Part shown: positions 25,713 to 41,467 of the stretch, in pieces
Layout: each line of letters opens with the position of its first letter
Position numbering within the stretch: the stretch's first letter is position 1
From: Octopus vulgaris
Taxonomy: Eukaryota
Reading direction: 5' to 3'
NCBI GenBank assembly: GCA_951406725.2
Contig: OX597815.1
Coordinates: forward strand, 154,566,001 to 154,630,000
Length of the DNA: 64,000 nucleotides
Translations under genes and position numbers: made by a program
The notes under the pieces: generated by a model
What the model saw: only the letters and a program-made list of their open reading frames with translations
The model's database searches: none
Told to the model about the DNA's origin: nothing

Positions 25713-26444
25713 AGTTGTGTGTGTTTTTGTGTGTGTATTTATAGTAATAATAACAATAATCCTTGGTTGGAATTTATAACACTTATAAACATTTATAAAC
25801 ACGGGTTGCAACTTACTCGTAGGAGAAACTCTGGAAATCACATTCAGGGAAAGCGTGATGAATAAACACTCCGAAGTGACTATATGATGTAAACATAAAA
25901 ACAAAACATAATTTCTGGACTTTGAAAAAAACATTTTGAAACGGAATAACATCAACCGCCCTTAGCATATTATAGAAAAGGAGGGAAAACTAACAAATAA
26001 ACAAACCAACCAATATTTAGGATGCTTTACACTATACCACCAAAAACAATAAAAAGTTCACCCTAGGAAAGTATCATTTATCAATTCAGAAAATGAAGTT
26101 CAGCAGTTGATTGTTGTAGTGGTTGTATCGGCTGGCCTGTGTACTTCAGAATTCGTTGAAGATAATCCTGCCTTAAATGAGATCGAAGAAAGGAATTTAT
26201 TACCTATCCTCGTAATCGGCAGACTGAATATCAAAATAAGTTCAAAGTCATATACATATATATATATAGAGAGAGAGGGGGAGTGTGTTTGAATTGGTAT
26301 ACAGATATTGTATATTGACAAAAATGAGGCACTCATAAATTTGGATGATTCTTTATTAACGCTTTTGTTCGTTTAATCGAACGGAAGTGTTAATAACGAA
26401 TTATCCAAAATTCTGACTGCCTGCTTTTTCTCAATACACACACA

Positions 26445-28734
<2,290 letters not shown>

Positions 28735-28798
28735 TATATCAATTTGTGTGTTCCTTATCAAACTTCTACATACGTATATATTTATATATATATATATA

Positions 28799-28955
28799 TG
28801 TAGGTCCCGGGTTGAGTCGGGGTTAACCACAGTAAATAAGGTACTGAATACATAGCAGAGTAAATTAATTTATTTTATAGAAGGAGCTTCTACAGGACTA
28901 GAACTGTTTCATTCAAATGAAACAGTTCTAGTCCTGTAGAAGCTCCTTCTATAAA

Positions 28956-28961
<6 letters not shown>
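28799..28961 (-). mobile_element. Miniature fold-back element: 69-nt tail plus perfect 46-bp inverted repeat, flanked by (TA)n
   Basis: Arms 28868-28913 and 28916-28961, 2-nt loop; nearly identical to the terminus at 56611-56726. Confidence 0.9.
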
Positions 28962-28988
<27 letters not shown>

Positions 28989-29010
28989 CGTACATACATA
29001 CATACATACA

Positions 29011-29050
<40 letters not shown>

Positions 29051-29808
29051 TACGTATGTATATTGGCGTATATATGAATGTATGTGCCGGAGTGTGAGTG
29101 CATGTATATTTTACCCTTGCCTGAGGGTTTGTTAATATTTAATCAAAATAAAGTGGACGCATATATTTCTCTTGTATAAACGCTATTTTATTTCCATAGC
29201 ATGCATATTTATGACCATTTAGCATTTGCTAGTTGTCATGTTTCTCTGTGAATTGCGTGCTTTGAATTGAGGTATTCCGCTGGAGGAATAAAAGACAATG
29301 AAATTGAATAGTGTGAATAGAACGACATTTGATCGCTTGTATCCTTGAGCTAATCTACAAATTTACTATTGTTCCATTGTATATGCCCAGTTAGCTGTGT
29401 TTTTTAGACTTCAAGTTTGCCAGGATTTTTTGCCTACGGATTCTAGTTCTTCCGTAAGGTTTATTAGGCTGCATCTTTAGTTTTGATCGGTAGGCTTGTT
29501 ATATATGTTTGGTTTCTGTTAAGCATTCACGTTTCTTCTAATTGTAATTCTAGTGTTTGCTTGTTTATTTTTGTAAAATTTCGGTATGTAGTTATTGAAG
29601 ATATATTTATCTTGTGTGGAAATAAAAGTATTTTTCTGGACTATGGTAATATTTCATGGCAACATATATTTTATTTTCTGTAGTTTTGAAATTCTTCCTA
29701 CTATATCATACTTATGAGTTTTGATTCGAATTTGTTACGCCTTCTTTTAAGGTTTTTGAAATAGGATGGGGGTTTTACTGGCTTTTACACCAAACGCTTC
29801 CCTGGATA

Positions 29809-29864
<56 letters not shown>

Positions 29865-30980
29865 TTTATGTTTTAGGTTGATACAAAATTAGTTGTAGTT
29901 TTCACTTATACCGAAATATACGGCTCAGAATAAATAGCATTAATGCTGGTGTTGATTGCAATTAATGACGACTAAACACAAGATTTTTGCAAAGAGAGAT
30001 AAATATATAACAGTTCAAACATTCATTTCGTTAGTATCATAAAATTCTATTTTCCCTGAACCGGACTGATGAATTCTTCGAATGCGTTTGAGCTGCTGTC
30101 TTCATTGCTGAAGATCTTCTGAACGCAACCATCAAGGTAGTTGTAAATGGTGTAAAATTGTAGTTGTTCAGTGAACAATTTAAATTACTCGCTAAAAATT
30201 CATAGCCAAGTACCTTTAATATTTGCTGCCATTTGCATTTTTCTGGAGAAGTCGTGGCCCTTAGCGACTACCTAATGCTTGATGTGACGATCCGCGGTTC
30301 ATATTGTGGAGTTCCTAGCAATATTTTTCTGCTTTGAGTATTTTGTTAAATTTCAAGAAACAGTAACGGATGATTCCAGTTTTCAACTACACTACTATGA
30401 TTCTGGTTTGAAAATTTGGATTGCGAAAAGTCTTTTAGTCTTTAACTTTGTCGGTCCCACCGATCGGGATACAATCACCTCGGTTACAGAGTCCGTATTC
30501 TTCACACGTTTTGTTTACTTTCGGCTTATCCAACACCTTGTAATTTTGCGTTTACATTCTATGTTGTGAAAATGACGGAAAACGGTTTAAGGGCCATTGT
30601 TTAGTACTTCCATATCCTGGGTTACTTTTCTTGGTTGTGATTAATAAATGATTTCAAAGAGGAATCAACACAGAAAGGAAAAATACTAGCATGAATCAAT
30701 AGACAAGATATCTAAGTTTCAGCAAAAGTATATTATAAGAACAAAGCTAAGTATATAGTATATACATAAATATAAAGAAAAATTCAAAATAAACAAAACG
30801 TAATTGTAACTGCACTAACTTAATACACACACACACATACATACATACACACACCTACTCCCTATACATATGTATACATATACGTGTATACACTCACACA
30901 TATATATATATATATGTTTATATATATGTGTATGTGTGTATATATTTATATTAATATATATATGTAAGTGAATGCCGACG

Positions 30981-31044
<64 letters not shown>

Positions 31045-31379
31045 ATGTTTTGTGAATGACTTTATATGTACACTATTATACTCGATCTCCTCCAGCTTCG
31101 TTGCTATAAACATAATCGACAATAACTTTGTGATGGTAATATTCGTGACACAGTTATTGTCGATTATAAGTTAGTGTAGCTGGAGGCTCTTCTGTTCAAT
31201 AAAATAAATCACACTCCCACCACACGAGCACAGAGATAGACACATCACATATATATATATATATATTACCCAATACAGTTGAAAGATATCTCTGAGTAAA
31301 TTAAGTAGGTGTGTGTATGCGTGTATATATCTCCCTCGGTCACGAGTTGAAGGCCATCGTATTTCTCCCTCTCTCTCTT

Positions 31380-31434
<55 letters not shown>

Positions 31435-31576
31435 CATATATATTATATATATACATATATATTATATATATATACACATATACATTATATATATATATAT
31501 ATATATATGTAATATATATATATTATATATATGTATTATATATATACATATATATTATATGTATAAATACATATAC

Positions 31577-31649
<73 letters not shown>

Positions 31650-31910
31650 GTATATGGCAGGGAGATAGTTAGGATGAGACTCATTCTAAGCTAGCCAGAG
31701 GGCCTAATCTTTGGAAGTAGAAATGAGTCAACTTAGTCGGTCACGGTTCTTTATTTTATCGAAAATAGATGATAAAAGGGAGCGTTCAACTTCTCGGAAA
31801 TTGAGCATATACCAGAAGAGGTCGTAACAAAACTAATAAGGTAACGATTCTTGTATCTACCTTAATTCATTATTCATAATAATTATTCCACAATCTGACA
31901 TAAGTCCATA

Positions 31911-31929
31911 TAGTAGTAGTAGTAGTCGC

Positions 31930-32006
<77 letters not shown>

Positions 32007-32025
32007 AAGAAGAAGAAGAAGAAGA

Positions 32026-32092
<67 letters not shown>

Positions 32093-32105
32093 ACAGTAGT
32101 AGTAA
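31911..32105. repeat. (TAG)n-(AAG)n-(TAG)n microsatellite
   Basis: Direct read. Confidence 0.95.
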
Positions 32106-32149
32106 TTGTAGTTACTAAGAACATCACTGAAGAAGAAAACCTAAAAAAT

Positions 32150-33530
32150 TGTCCATGGTTTCAGCAAAGAAAGGCATGAGGATGAAATAGGCATTGTACA
32201 GATCTGTTAAAATGTATGAAGCAGCAGCAAATTAATCAGCGCTGAAAACACTGCACTCGATATGGATAAAGAAATCAAGGAATTAGACGAGAACCGCCCA
32301 TACACATAGCTAGGAATAGACAAAATACAATACTTAGAAATGAAAGAGAAAGTTAAGTACGATTATTAGAGAAGAGTTAAACTAATTTTAAAGACAATGC
32401 TAAAAATTAGAAAATCTGGATTAATATGATAAACAAATCAGTCATAAATTACAACTTCAATATAACAAACTTGAAGAATTTTGAATTGAGGAACGTAGAA
32501 ACAAACCAGAAAATTATTTACAGCATACCGAAGTCACCCCCTCAAAACCAGACACAGACAGAATATACCTGCTGCGCTCAGGATTAGGTGGCCTGACACA
32601 GATAGAAAACAATTATAGAATTACAGCAGTTGGACTAAAAATATCAAAGAAACTAGGTGACTACTCCATGTAATGAAGCAACGCAAAGAAATAAAAACGC
32701 TTTTCTCTATACACAAGGAGGCGATAAACTACAAAACAGAAACAAACTACACTGAAACACAGCAGAAATGATTAAGAGATTTAAAAAAAAAACAACACAA
32801 AAACAGAACAACAAAACACTAAAGTCGAAAGGACGAGAAAGATCACTGCATGACCAAGGCTTGATAGCGAAGAACTGAACGTAAGTGAAAGCCAACAATG
32901 GCTCAAAAGCTCTGAAATAAAATCAGAAACAGAAGGACCGATTCTCGTTGCACAAGTCGAATGCCTGACCACAAACAACTATAAAAGCAAAATAACGATA
33001 GCAGGCCCAAACACTAAATAGAAAATGTGCAAGAAGCACAATTAGCCAGTTGACCATATCATCTCTGGCTGCCCCATGTTGGTAGCTATATCAACTAGGC
33101 TATATGCTAAATCTAAATAATGTAAAGGAATAGTAAAAACATATGCCAAACAAGTTATATGACAAAGATGAGCCACAGTCATCTGTGACGGTGCCTACAC
33201 AAACCGACGAAGAAATCAAAGCGAATCACCCAGATGTAACAACCAAGGACAGAAAAAACCCACATCCTTTCGGATGGGAGTAGCAGTCACTTCTGTCTAA
33301 GATATTGCCCAAATATAAGTGAAGAAACTGTCGAAATAGAAAGATCTTGAAACTGAAATATTCAAGATATGGTGCATTAAGATACTAATAACAACTTGTG
33401 CATTGCGTATGGTAAGAAAACAAACGTGTGAACAAAACACTTGCGGCCATACCTGGGCCCACAGCATTGGGTTTTATCCTCAAAATAGCCCATCTAGGGA
33501 CAGCAATGTTTGCATGCAAGACACAATCAA
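32150..33530 (+). mobile_element. Highly decayed R4/Dong LINE 3' portion
   Basis: DKEIKELDE, DTDRIYLLRSG, SQQWLKSSEIKSETEGPILVAQ, VDHIISGCPML, EIKANHPDV, KDLETEIFKIW across frames. Confidence 0.75.
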
Positions 33531-33863
33531 TTAAAGAAAAAACAAAACACAACACAAATAAAACAATTCACTACCACGAGACAGACTTTGTACAATAAAC
33601 ATATGATAAAATAACCCAAGCACAAAATGTACGCTACAGGATGGATATCGAACAGAATAATACAACTCGTATTGCACATAGCACACAACACAAATACTGA
33701 TAAAAGAACTCCAAGAAAGCCCGGTAGTAAAAGAAACTAATGGAATACGGTAACAGTAAAGTTGTGTACTCCGCCAACACAAGAAAAAGTAGGTACACAT
33801 GAAGCTGCGCACATTTCAGGAATTCAGGAACAGGGAATTGTAACAGATGACACTGTAAAAATT

Positions 33864-34180
33864 TACCAGGCAGTGGATCTCATAAGCTTCTGATCCTAAC
33901 TGATTCGAAGTGTTATCATTTATATGTTTTGTTTTGAGGGAAAAGATGGGCTACAGTAAATATTCTGCTGAATACCGCAGATTTGCTTGCCACTTGGATG
34001 ACCATAACCAGTTGAACATGTCCCATAATAGCTGAAGATATGTGCATCTCTGAGCAGTATCATAGCCATGGATTGAGAGGGATTCTTTGAGGATTGAATA
34101 ATTCACCTCTGCAAATATAGGTGTTTCAGTCATCATGCTTAAACAACCCTTATTCAGTGAAACTTTGAGCGGGATGGGAT
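33864..34180 (+). repeat. Partial diverged copy of the 555-bp unclassified element
   Basis: taccaggcagtgg..agcttctgatcctaactgatt..aaagatgggctacag.. matches 58440-58994. Confidence 0.8.
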
Positions 34181-34541
34181 GGATTCTCCGAATGCACCAA
34201 TGTGAGCATGAGAAAACGGCGTCAAGTCTTCCAGATCGTATCTAGATGAGATATATTCGTGATCGAACCTTGAAGGCCAACAACTGGTATCAGCGTCGGA
34301 GGAAACAACAGGCAGAACAGTGGTTTCAGACAGTGAAAAATGATGGCTAGGCTGCTTTGAATGATATGCCTATGCTGCTTATGGTGTAACTTGAAGAATA
34401 AAGCAAGCAAAAAATCAAAATATTGCAAAATGTTTGACTTCATGCAATACATTCATTCATATATCCATCAACCGATCAATCCATCCACACACACACATAC
34501 ATACACACGCATACACCAGTCACACCACCACACACAGAGAT

Positions 34542-34580
<39 letters not shown>

Positions 34581-34780
34581 ATATTATTAGAGACAAAACA
34601 ACTATTTTGCAAAACAAACAAGGAAAGACTTAATCAATACATAAAATTTTAATTATATAATATTTTACTATAAAATTGGATTTAATCCTAAATCTGATTT
34701 TTCCCTGTAAATTTGGATTTATTCCCTAATATTTATTATATATATATGTGTGTGTGTGTGTATATACACACACACAAACA

Positions 34781-35542
34781 CAGAGGGTGCGATGAATACA
34801 CTGTCGTCTAAATTATGCAAAAAATGAAAATAACAGTGACATCTTTTAACGGATGTATTTACCAAAATTACATAAAAATATCTTGAAATACTAAGTAGTA
34901 AATTTATTCAATAAAATCGCTACCTCCAGTTCATATTCGGTGTTACAAGTTATGCGATCCACGTATAATAACTAAGGGTGTTACAATCTAGGGTGTTAGG
35001 TGGCCAGATATTAGGGGTGATGTGGTGGCAGAAATTGTTTGACAGCTATGAATGGGTTCTCTCCTATGTGTGGTATGGTGCAGAGGTCTGTCACAAGACA
35101 TAGGGTCTTCCAATAGCCACCCTCTTCAGCCAGGGCAGCATTATCTCCTCCAGGCACTTGATGTATGCTTTGTGTCGAGTCTGAAGCTGTGTGAGAAGAT
35201 GAATGGAAACATAGCGTCGCCATCACAATTGATGACTCTAAACACCATGATGTTGACTTGATGTCTTGATTTTTATTACTCTCGGTACATGTCCTAAGAT
35301 TGCACATGTCATGAGACTGACACCCATTCATTCTATGATCGTATTGGACCTTCTGACTCAAATGCCAAGTAGTACAGCATGTCATTTCTAAATTTCTGGC
35401 AGAGTGAATTGCGTGATTGTGCTGTTTTTCTCACAGACAGTACCCAACTGACCATACTATACTGTGTAGTCAACAAAATCAGAAGAAAATGTGCATGCGC
35501 GAAATTAAAGATATACAATGGCGCCTATTTACCCATTGCACA

Positions 35543-35545
<3 letters not shown>
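34781..35545 (-). mobile_element. Internally deleted maT/DD37D-like transposon with imperfect TIRs
   Basis: Minus strand DGDAMFPFIFSHSFRLDTKAYIKCLEEIMLPWLKRVAIGRPYV..ITPNIWPPN, same family as 17809; ends cagagggtgcgatg / cattgcacactg|ta. Confidence 0.75.
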
Positions 35546-35596
<51 letters not shown>

Positions 35597-36023
35597 TCAT
35601 GTAATATTCTGGTTCAAATGCAGCCGGGGTCGATTTGGCTGTCAACCTTTCGATAAGATAACTACCTGTTTAACACTAAGGTCTATGTGATAGACATTCG
35701 CGCTGTACAGAGATTCTTGGCCATGAGCGAAAAACTTGCAACCACCCAACACGCAACACACACACAAACACACACACACAGACGCACCTATATTATATAC
35801 ATATACCTATCAACAAATGCGCGTACAGTACGTATATATTATATATATATATATATGATATATATATATAGATATATAGATATATATATATACACACACA
35901 TATATATTCCTATATCGATATACATGTATTATGTATGTACGTACGTGTGCATATATATATATATATATATATGGGAGAGTATTGTAGTTCGCTTGTAGTA
36001 TTGTGTATTGTTTGTAATTAAAA

Positions 36024-36172
36024 GTTTTGAATGGAACAACAATACACTATTACAGACAATGGGCTATATACCTGTTGTAATTTAGTTATCCATAGTTTGT
36101 ATGGATGACTAAAATACAACAGGTAAATAGCCCATTGTCTGTATTATAGTGAGTTTTAATACCATTCAAAAC
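36024..36172. repeat. ~150-bp imperfect palindrome (hairpin or MITE-like)
   Basis: tacagacaatgggctatatacctgttgtaatttagttatccata-gtttg-tatggatgactaaaatacaacaggtaaatagcccattgtctgta, closed by gttttgaatgg/ccattcaaaac. Confidence 0.85.
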
Positions 36173-36179
36173 GTTTTTT

Positions 36180-36214
<35 letters not shown>

Positions 36215-36584
36215 TTCCTGTCCTGCAAACATGCTGAATTAAACAACACAACATGCTCTTAATCCCTTTGGATCTTAACACCTCAAGGTAATTTTTTCGT
36301 GAACAACCATAAAACTCAAGATACACAACGAACTCACAATGTATCGGAGAACTTATTTTTTAATTTTTGTACATTTTTATCATTATTCTTTTACAAAAAA
36401 CAATGCAATTTTCTTTTTTCCCCTTTCTAATTTTTAAAAAAACTTTTAAAACATAAATATTCTTGACAAGTCATACAATGACGAAAACCGGTTGAATAAA
36501 TATATATTTATATATTTTATCAATTTCTCATTTTATTAAAATTTTCTTTCATTTGAGCATTCTGCATTTTAAAAAAGTTTTCCT

Positions 36585-36590
<6 letters not shown>
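36215..36590 (+). mobile_element. PLE pseudo-LTR remnant with degenerate hammerhead
   Basis: GIY-YIG C-terminal-like ..LNPFG..N; tattc-TTGACAA-gtca tacaa tgac-GAAA-accggtt-gaata at 36458-36498; flanked by (TA)n. Confidence 0.5.
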
Positions 36591-36629
<39 letters not shown>

Positions 36630-36632
<3 letters not shown>

Positions 36633-36940
36633 GGCGCATGGCTCAGTGGTTAGAGCGTCGAGCTTACGATCGTGAGGTTGTAGCTCGAATCCCGGACCGG
36701 GCTGCGTGTTGTGTTCTTCAGCAAGGCACTTTATTTCACGTTGCTCCAGTTCACTCAGCTGTAGAAATGAGTTGCGACGTCACAGGTGCCAAGCTGTATC
36801 GACCTTTGTATTGATAACACTGGTGGCGTGGAGAGGGAGGCGACTGCTGGTCTTCCATAAACAACCTTGCCCGACTTGTGTCTAGGAGGGTAACTTTCTA
36901 GGTGCAATCCGATGGTCATTCATGACCGAAGGGGGTCTTT
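36630..36940 (+). mobile_element. tRNA-derived SINE family B
   Basis: tggctcagtggttagagc A box, ctcgaatccc B box, followed by a non-tRNA body; second copy at 38718-39075. Confidence 0.8.
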
Positions 36941-36983
<43 letters not shown>

Positions 36984-37059
36984 ATACATACAGATACGGC
37001 ACGTTATCTGATTGTGAAATTATACATTCAAATTATATATTAATTATTATATTGTTAAT

Positions 37060-38075
37060 ATCTAATATTTAGTCGACATACCCTTTGTAATTTTCAGTGC
37101 AAGGACCCTATTAGGCATGCTACTGATCAGATGACGAATATTTTCTTTAGGAATTTCTCGTCAAGTTTGATGCAATATTCTAAAAAGATTTGTCTCTGAG
37201 AATGCTTTCCTGCTCTCTTTACGAAGTGTCTTCTCTATCATGTCCGAGGTGTTCAATAGGGTCCATATCTGGTGACAGGCTTCACCATCGAACTTTTTTA
37301 ATGCCATTCTCTTCCAACTAATCTTGGGCCTTTGTAGCTGAGTAGCAAGGAGCCCATATTCCATAAATAATTTGTCCTCTTAGTCATTTTACCACTGGGC
37401 AATATTGACAGGAGTGCTTTCTGCAATATGGACACATAGTCATCTGAGTTTATGTTGCCCTCATACTCCCTCAGCTCTGATATACCGTTGTTCGAAATTG
37501 CACCCTAGACCAACACAAAATAGTTGCTGTGTTTCATTGTTGGCTGCAATCTTTTCATGTCAAATTCTAAATCACAGTCTTCAGACTTTCACTTGACCAC
37601 TATCAAGAAAAACAATGCAGCAAATCTGGACCCATCAGAGAACATGACAGTGTCCCAAAATGCTAGTGGCCGCTCCACTATCTTACTGGCTCAATCTTTT
37701 CTCCACCTGATATTGGCTAGTCGAAGAAGTGGCTTCCTTCTTCCTGCTCTGCCATAGTAGCCAAGTTTGTGAAGATACCTGGCAGCTGTTCTGGGACTGA
37801 CATCATCTTGTTCTACTATGTCAGAGGCCCTGGAATGAGGATTGTCCTCCACACTTCCGTCTTCAAAGCGAAGGATGTCCTGGTCGTTTACCCGGGGAAG
37901 ATGATGTGGACTTCTTCCCTTTTCTGGTGAATTGTACATTCACTCTATTCACTGTAGAAAGTGGGATCCTAAGGTTTTCTGCGATTTTACGTTGATTAAG
38001 TTCACCTTCAGATTGACCCATAATACAGCCTCTTTGAAATTTGGACAGTTGCAAGATTTCTTTTGTATGCGACAT
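37060..38075 (-). mobile_element. Decayed Tc1-family transposase
   Basis: LSKFQRGCIMGQ..IAENLRIPLSTVNRV; LHKLGYYGRAGRRKPLL; WDTVMFSDGSRF; multiple frameshifts. Confidence 0.85.
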
Positions 38076-38717
38076 GACTAAACAGTCACATATAGAAACT
38101 GAAACAAAAATGTTAATTAATAAAAGATATAAATCTTTTCAAGTTAAAATAAACATAAAACGATGTTTTATGGTGTATCTATTTACTTCTGTTATGTCTT
38201 TATATATGTGTGTGTGTGTGTGTGTGTTTGTTTGTGTGTGTATGTGAGTATGTGTGTGTGTTTGAATTATCTCTACGTATTTATATATTCTTATGCTTGA
38301 GTGCTTGTCAATATTTAATCGACAATAACAGTGCGACGGATATATTTTTTCTGTATAAAACAATCTCTTCTCCTGGCTCTAACATGGCACAGTTTTTCAA
38401 ATAACTTCCTATATGCAGTTGATGAAACAATACGACAAAACCATTTTCATATTGTATGAGAAAAGTTTTTACTTGAAGCTACATTCTGAATAATCTTTTC
38501 TATAATAAAAGAAATATAGCTCTTTTGATTTTACTGTTTCAGTGACTCTGCTTTTATTAAATATTCATACATACACACATACATATATATACACACACAC
38601 TTATATATATATATATATATATACATACACACAGAAAGAGATAAAGAGAGCATGGAAAGCGGACGTTAAATGATGACGATGATGATGATGATGATGATGA
38701 TATATGTGTGTGTGTGG

Positions 38718-39075
38718 ATGAAGCATAGCTCAGTAGATCAGTGGTTAGACCGTCGAGTTTACGATCGTAAGGTTGTGAGTTCGATTCTCGGAACTGGTTG
38801 CCTTTTGTGTTCTTGGACAAAACACTTTATTTTAAGTTGCGACGTCACTGGTGCCAAACTCTATCAGCTTTTGCCTTTCCCTTGGATAATATAATGCCTA
38901 TATTATCCACGGTGGCGTGGAGAGGGGAGGTTGGTATCCATGTGCGACTGCTGGTCTTCCATAAAACAACTCTAGGTTGTGCGGTCGCAGGAGAGGCGAC
39001 TTTCCACCCAGATACTTACCCCGGAGGGGAAACTCTTAGGAGTACCCATGGTTATTCGTAACCGACAGAGTCGAG
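38718..39075 (+). mobile_element. SINE family B, second copy
   Basis: Collinear with 36630-36940. Confidence 0.75.
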
Positions 39076-39194
39076 CTATACATTCACAAACACACACACG
39101 CACACACACATACACACACATACACAAACACACACACACATACACACACACATACATACATAACATATATATAAATATATATATATATATATAT

Positions 39195-39470
39195 GAAGGC
39201 GCAATGGCCCAGTGGTTTCGATTCTCAGACCGGGCGTTGTGAGTGTTTATTGAGCGGAAACATCTAAAGCTCCACGAGGCTCTGGCAGGTGGTAGTGGTG
39301 ATCCCTGCCGTACTCTTTCGCCACCACTTTTTCTCATTCTTTCTTCTGTTGGCCTGCTCGCTTAGCCAGCGGGGTCGCGTCATTTGAAGGCTAAAACAAT
39401 GCGAAGCACATTGTGACCAGCGATGTGGAGCAACATCTGATAGCCTGGTTGGTCACGGTCATCACGGTGA
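39195..39470 (+). mobile_element. Short tRNA-headed SINE-like repeat
   Basis: gaaggcgcaatggcccagtggtt head with internal deletion; tcacggtc/tcacggtg tandem tail; flanked by (TA)n. Confidence 0.5.
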
Positions 39471-39620
39471 TATATATATGTTTTTTCTGTGTCCCTTTCT
39501 GTAGAAGAGCGTAGGCTCGAAACGTAAAAGACTTTTTCTATTCCTGAGCGTTATACAAATACATCTGTTTGTTTTGTACATCACCTGTCTCCGTCTTTTG
39601 TTTTTTTTTTCGTAAGCTCT

Positions 39621-39667
<47 letters not shown>

Positions 39668-39671
<4 letters not shown>

Positions 39672-41315
39672 CAGAGATACCTGGCGTTGCATACAATTGA
39701 AGGATTAGACTTTTCTGTTATATTTTCTCTAATGAACTGGAATATATGTTTCGAATATCATCAAAATTGCAGATGAGGGTTATTTCCCTCTTTACACACC
39801 TCCCAAAAATTGTAATCGTGCCACATATATCCCATACTGCTTATTTTTATGCGCATATTCCAAAATTCCAGTCTTATAGCACCTGTTAAAAGGATTTTGC
39901 TCCTGAAAAACAGAGGTTATGGAGCTCTAAAATGTGAGAGTTAACGACCCTATTAGGGGTGGGCATCTTAATGTCAACCAGAGAATTTGAATTGTTAAGA
40001 ATCTTTTTTACTTGGGCCTTATATCTATTGTTTGAATTTCTTTGAAATAGGAAATATATGTTCACTGGGTAGAGCAAAGCTACAGGAAACCAAAAGACGA
40101 ATGATCACAATAAGCAGTCAGTTTCAGTACCCTAGACGTTACCACTCCCAATGTAGCATTCCTCATTATCCAGGTGACAGGCACAGCCGTAAGATGCATT
40201 ACAAATCTATAGCAATTGGAAGGGCGTGACCCAACTGAAATAAACATTAACAACTATGTGACATGAGGGCTAAGGAGAAATGAAAGTTCGAGTTTGCAAA
40301 TGACCACTATACTGATACGTAACTGGACGGAATAAATATGCAATCTATAAATGTCTTTGAATAACCAGTCACACATTTGGGAAGGCCTTAAAATCAATGT
40401 TACCATGTGGGGACTTTGCGTGATACAGTGATATTAAAAAGACTGAAAGGTGATCTGCAATGAAATAACTTTACTCAACACTTTGCAACTGAATCCGTGG
40501 CGGATAAGTTGCCTCTCATTTACTCGACAATTTATGCAGCACATTGAAGAAATCACAATGTAAGTGTATGTCAAAGCAAACTCTTACATTGTTTCACCAT
40601 TGAATTACAAATAATGCTCATCTTCTATGCTCGGATGACCCCACAGCTTCCAAGAGTACAACTATTCGTCTTTGCTTAGATAAAATGACAAAATTGTGGT
40701 TGTTAAGTCCCCATGAAAGTGTCTTTCTATCTTGAAAGAAGATGAAATTTTATAAATATTACTTCATTTGTATTTAATATCTAGGGTTAAAATTTCATCA
40801 ACAGGAAAAATATATGAATTGTCATGGGGGTTGTGGCCCTTATGCATAGAATAAATTTTCCAAATTTCGTAAAGATCCATTCAGTACTTTTGACTTAGTT
40901 TTGGATCATAAAAGAAATTACTAAAATTTGGGAGTTAAGGCCCCCATGTCTTAGAATCCTCATGTGAACAGGAAACTTCGAGAATACTTCTTGATGTGTG
41001 TCAATTACCCATGGTTGAAATTTCATCAACATCGAAAATTTATGTATTTTCATGGTGCGTTCTGCCCCTTTAAGCCATCCGGAATTCAAACCAAATATAT
41101 TGCATTATACCCGCCCTTATGCATTGAATCTAAGTTTCAAATATCATAAGGATCCATTCAGAAAGTTTGGTCCAAGAAATTGTATGAAACACACAGCATT
41201 ACCTTTCTCCCGGGCTTCGATTTTGTGTTCCAAATTTCACTATGATCGGTGCAGCAGTTTTCGAATGTATAAGTAATACACGAACAAATAAAGACATTGT
41301 CTTTGATATAATAAA
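39668..41315 (-). mobile_element. Decayed Helitron
   Basis: 3' end tgcaacgccaggtatctctgCTAA on minus resembles 5129-5160; Helitron-like 5' region at 41200-41315; repeated aaatttcatc and gatccattcag motifs; possible Pif1 scrap near 40540-40690. Confidence 0.5.
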
Positions 41316-41405
41316 TACGAATGTACACATATAAAACATGTATAAATATATGTGTGAGTGTGCGCGCGCTGGTGTTTGTATCATACACACACACACACAC
41401 ACACT

Positions 41406-41467
<62 letters not shown>

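Noticed and set aside
30066-30085. CTGATGA followed by a small hairpin
   Set aside because: No GAAA, stem III or stem I, so not a hammerhead
36632-36705. tRNA-like sequence
   Set aside because: No proper acceptor stem; continues into a repeat body shared with 38718-39075, so it is a SINE head
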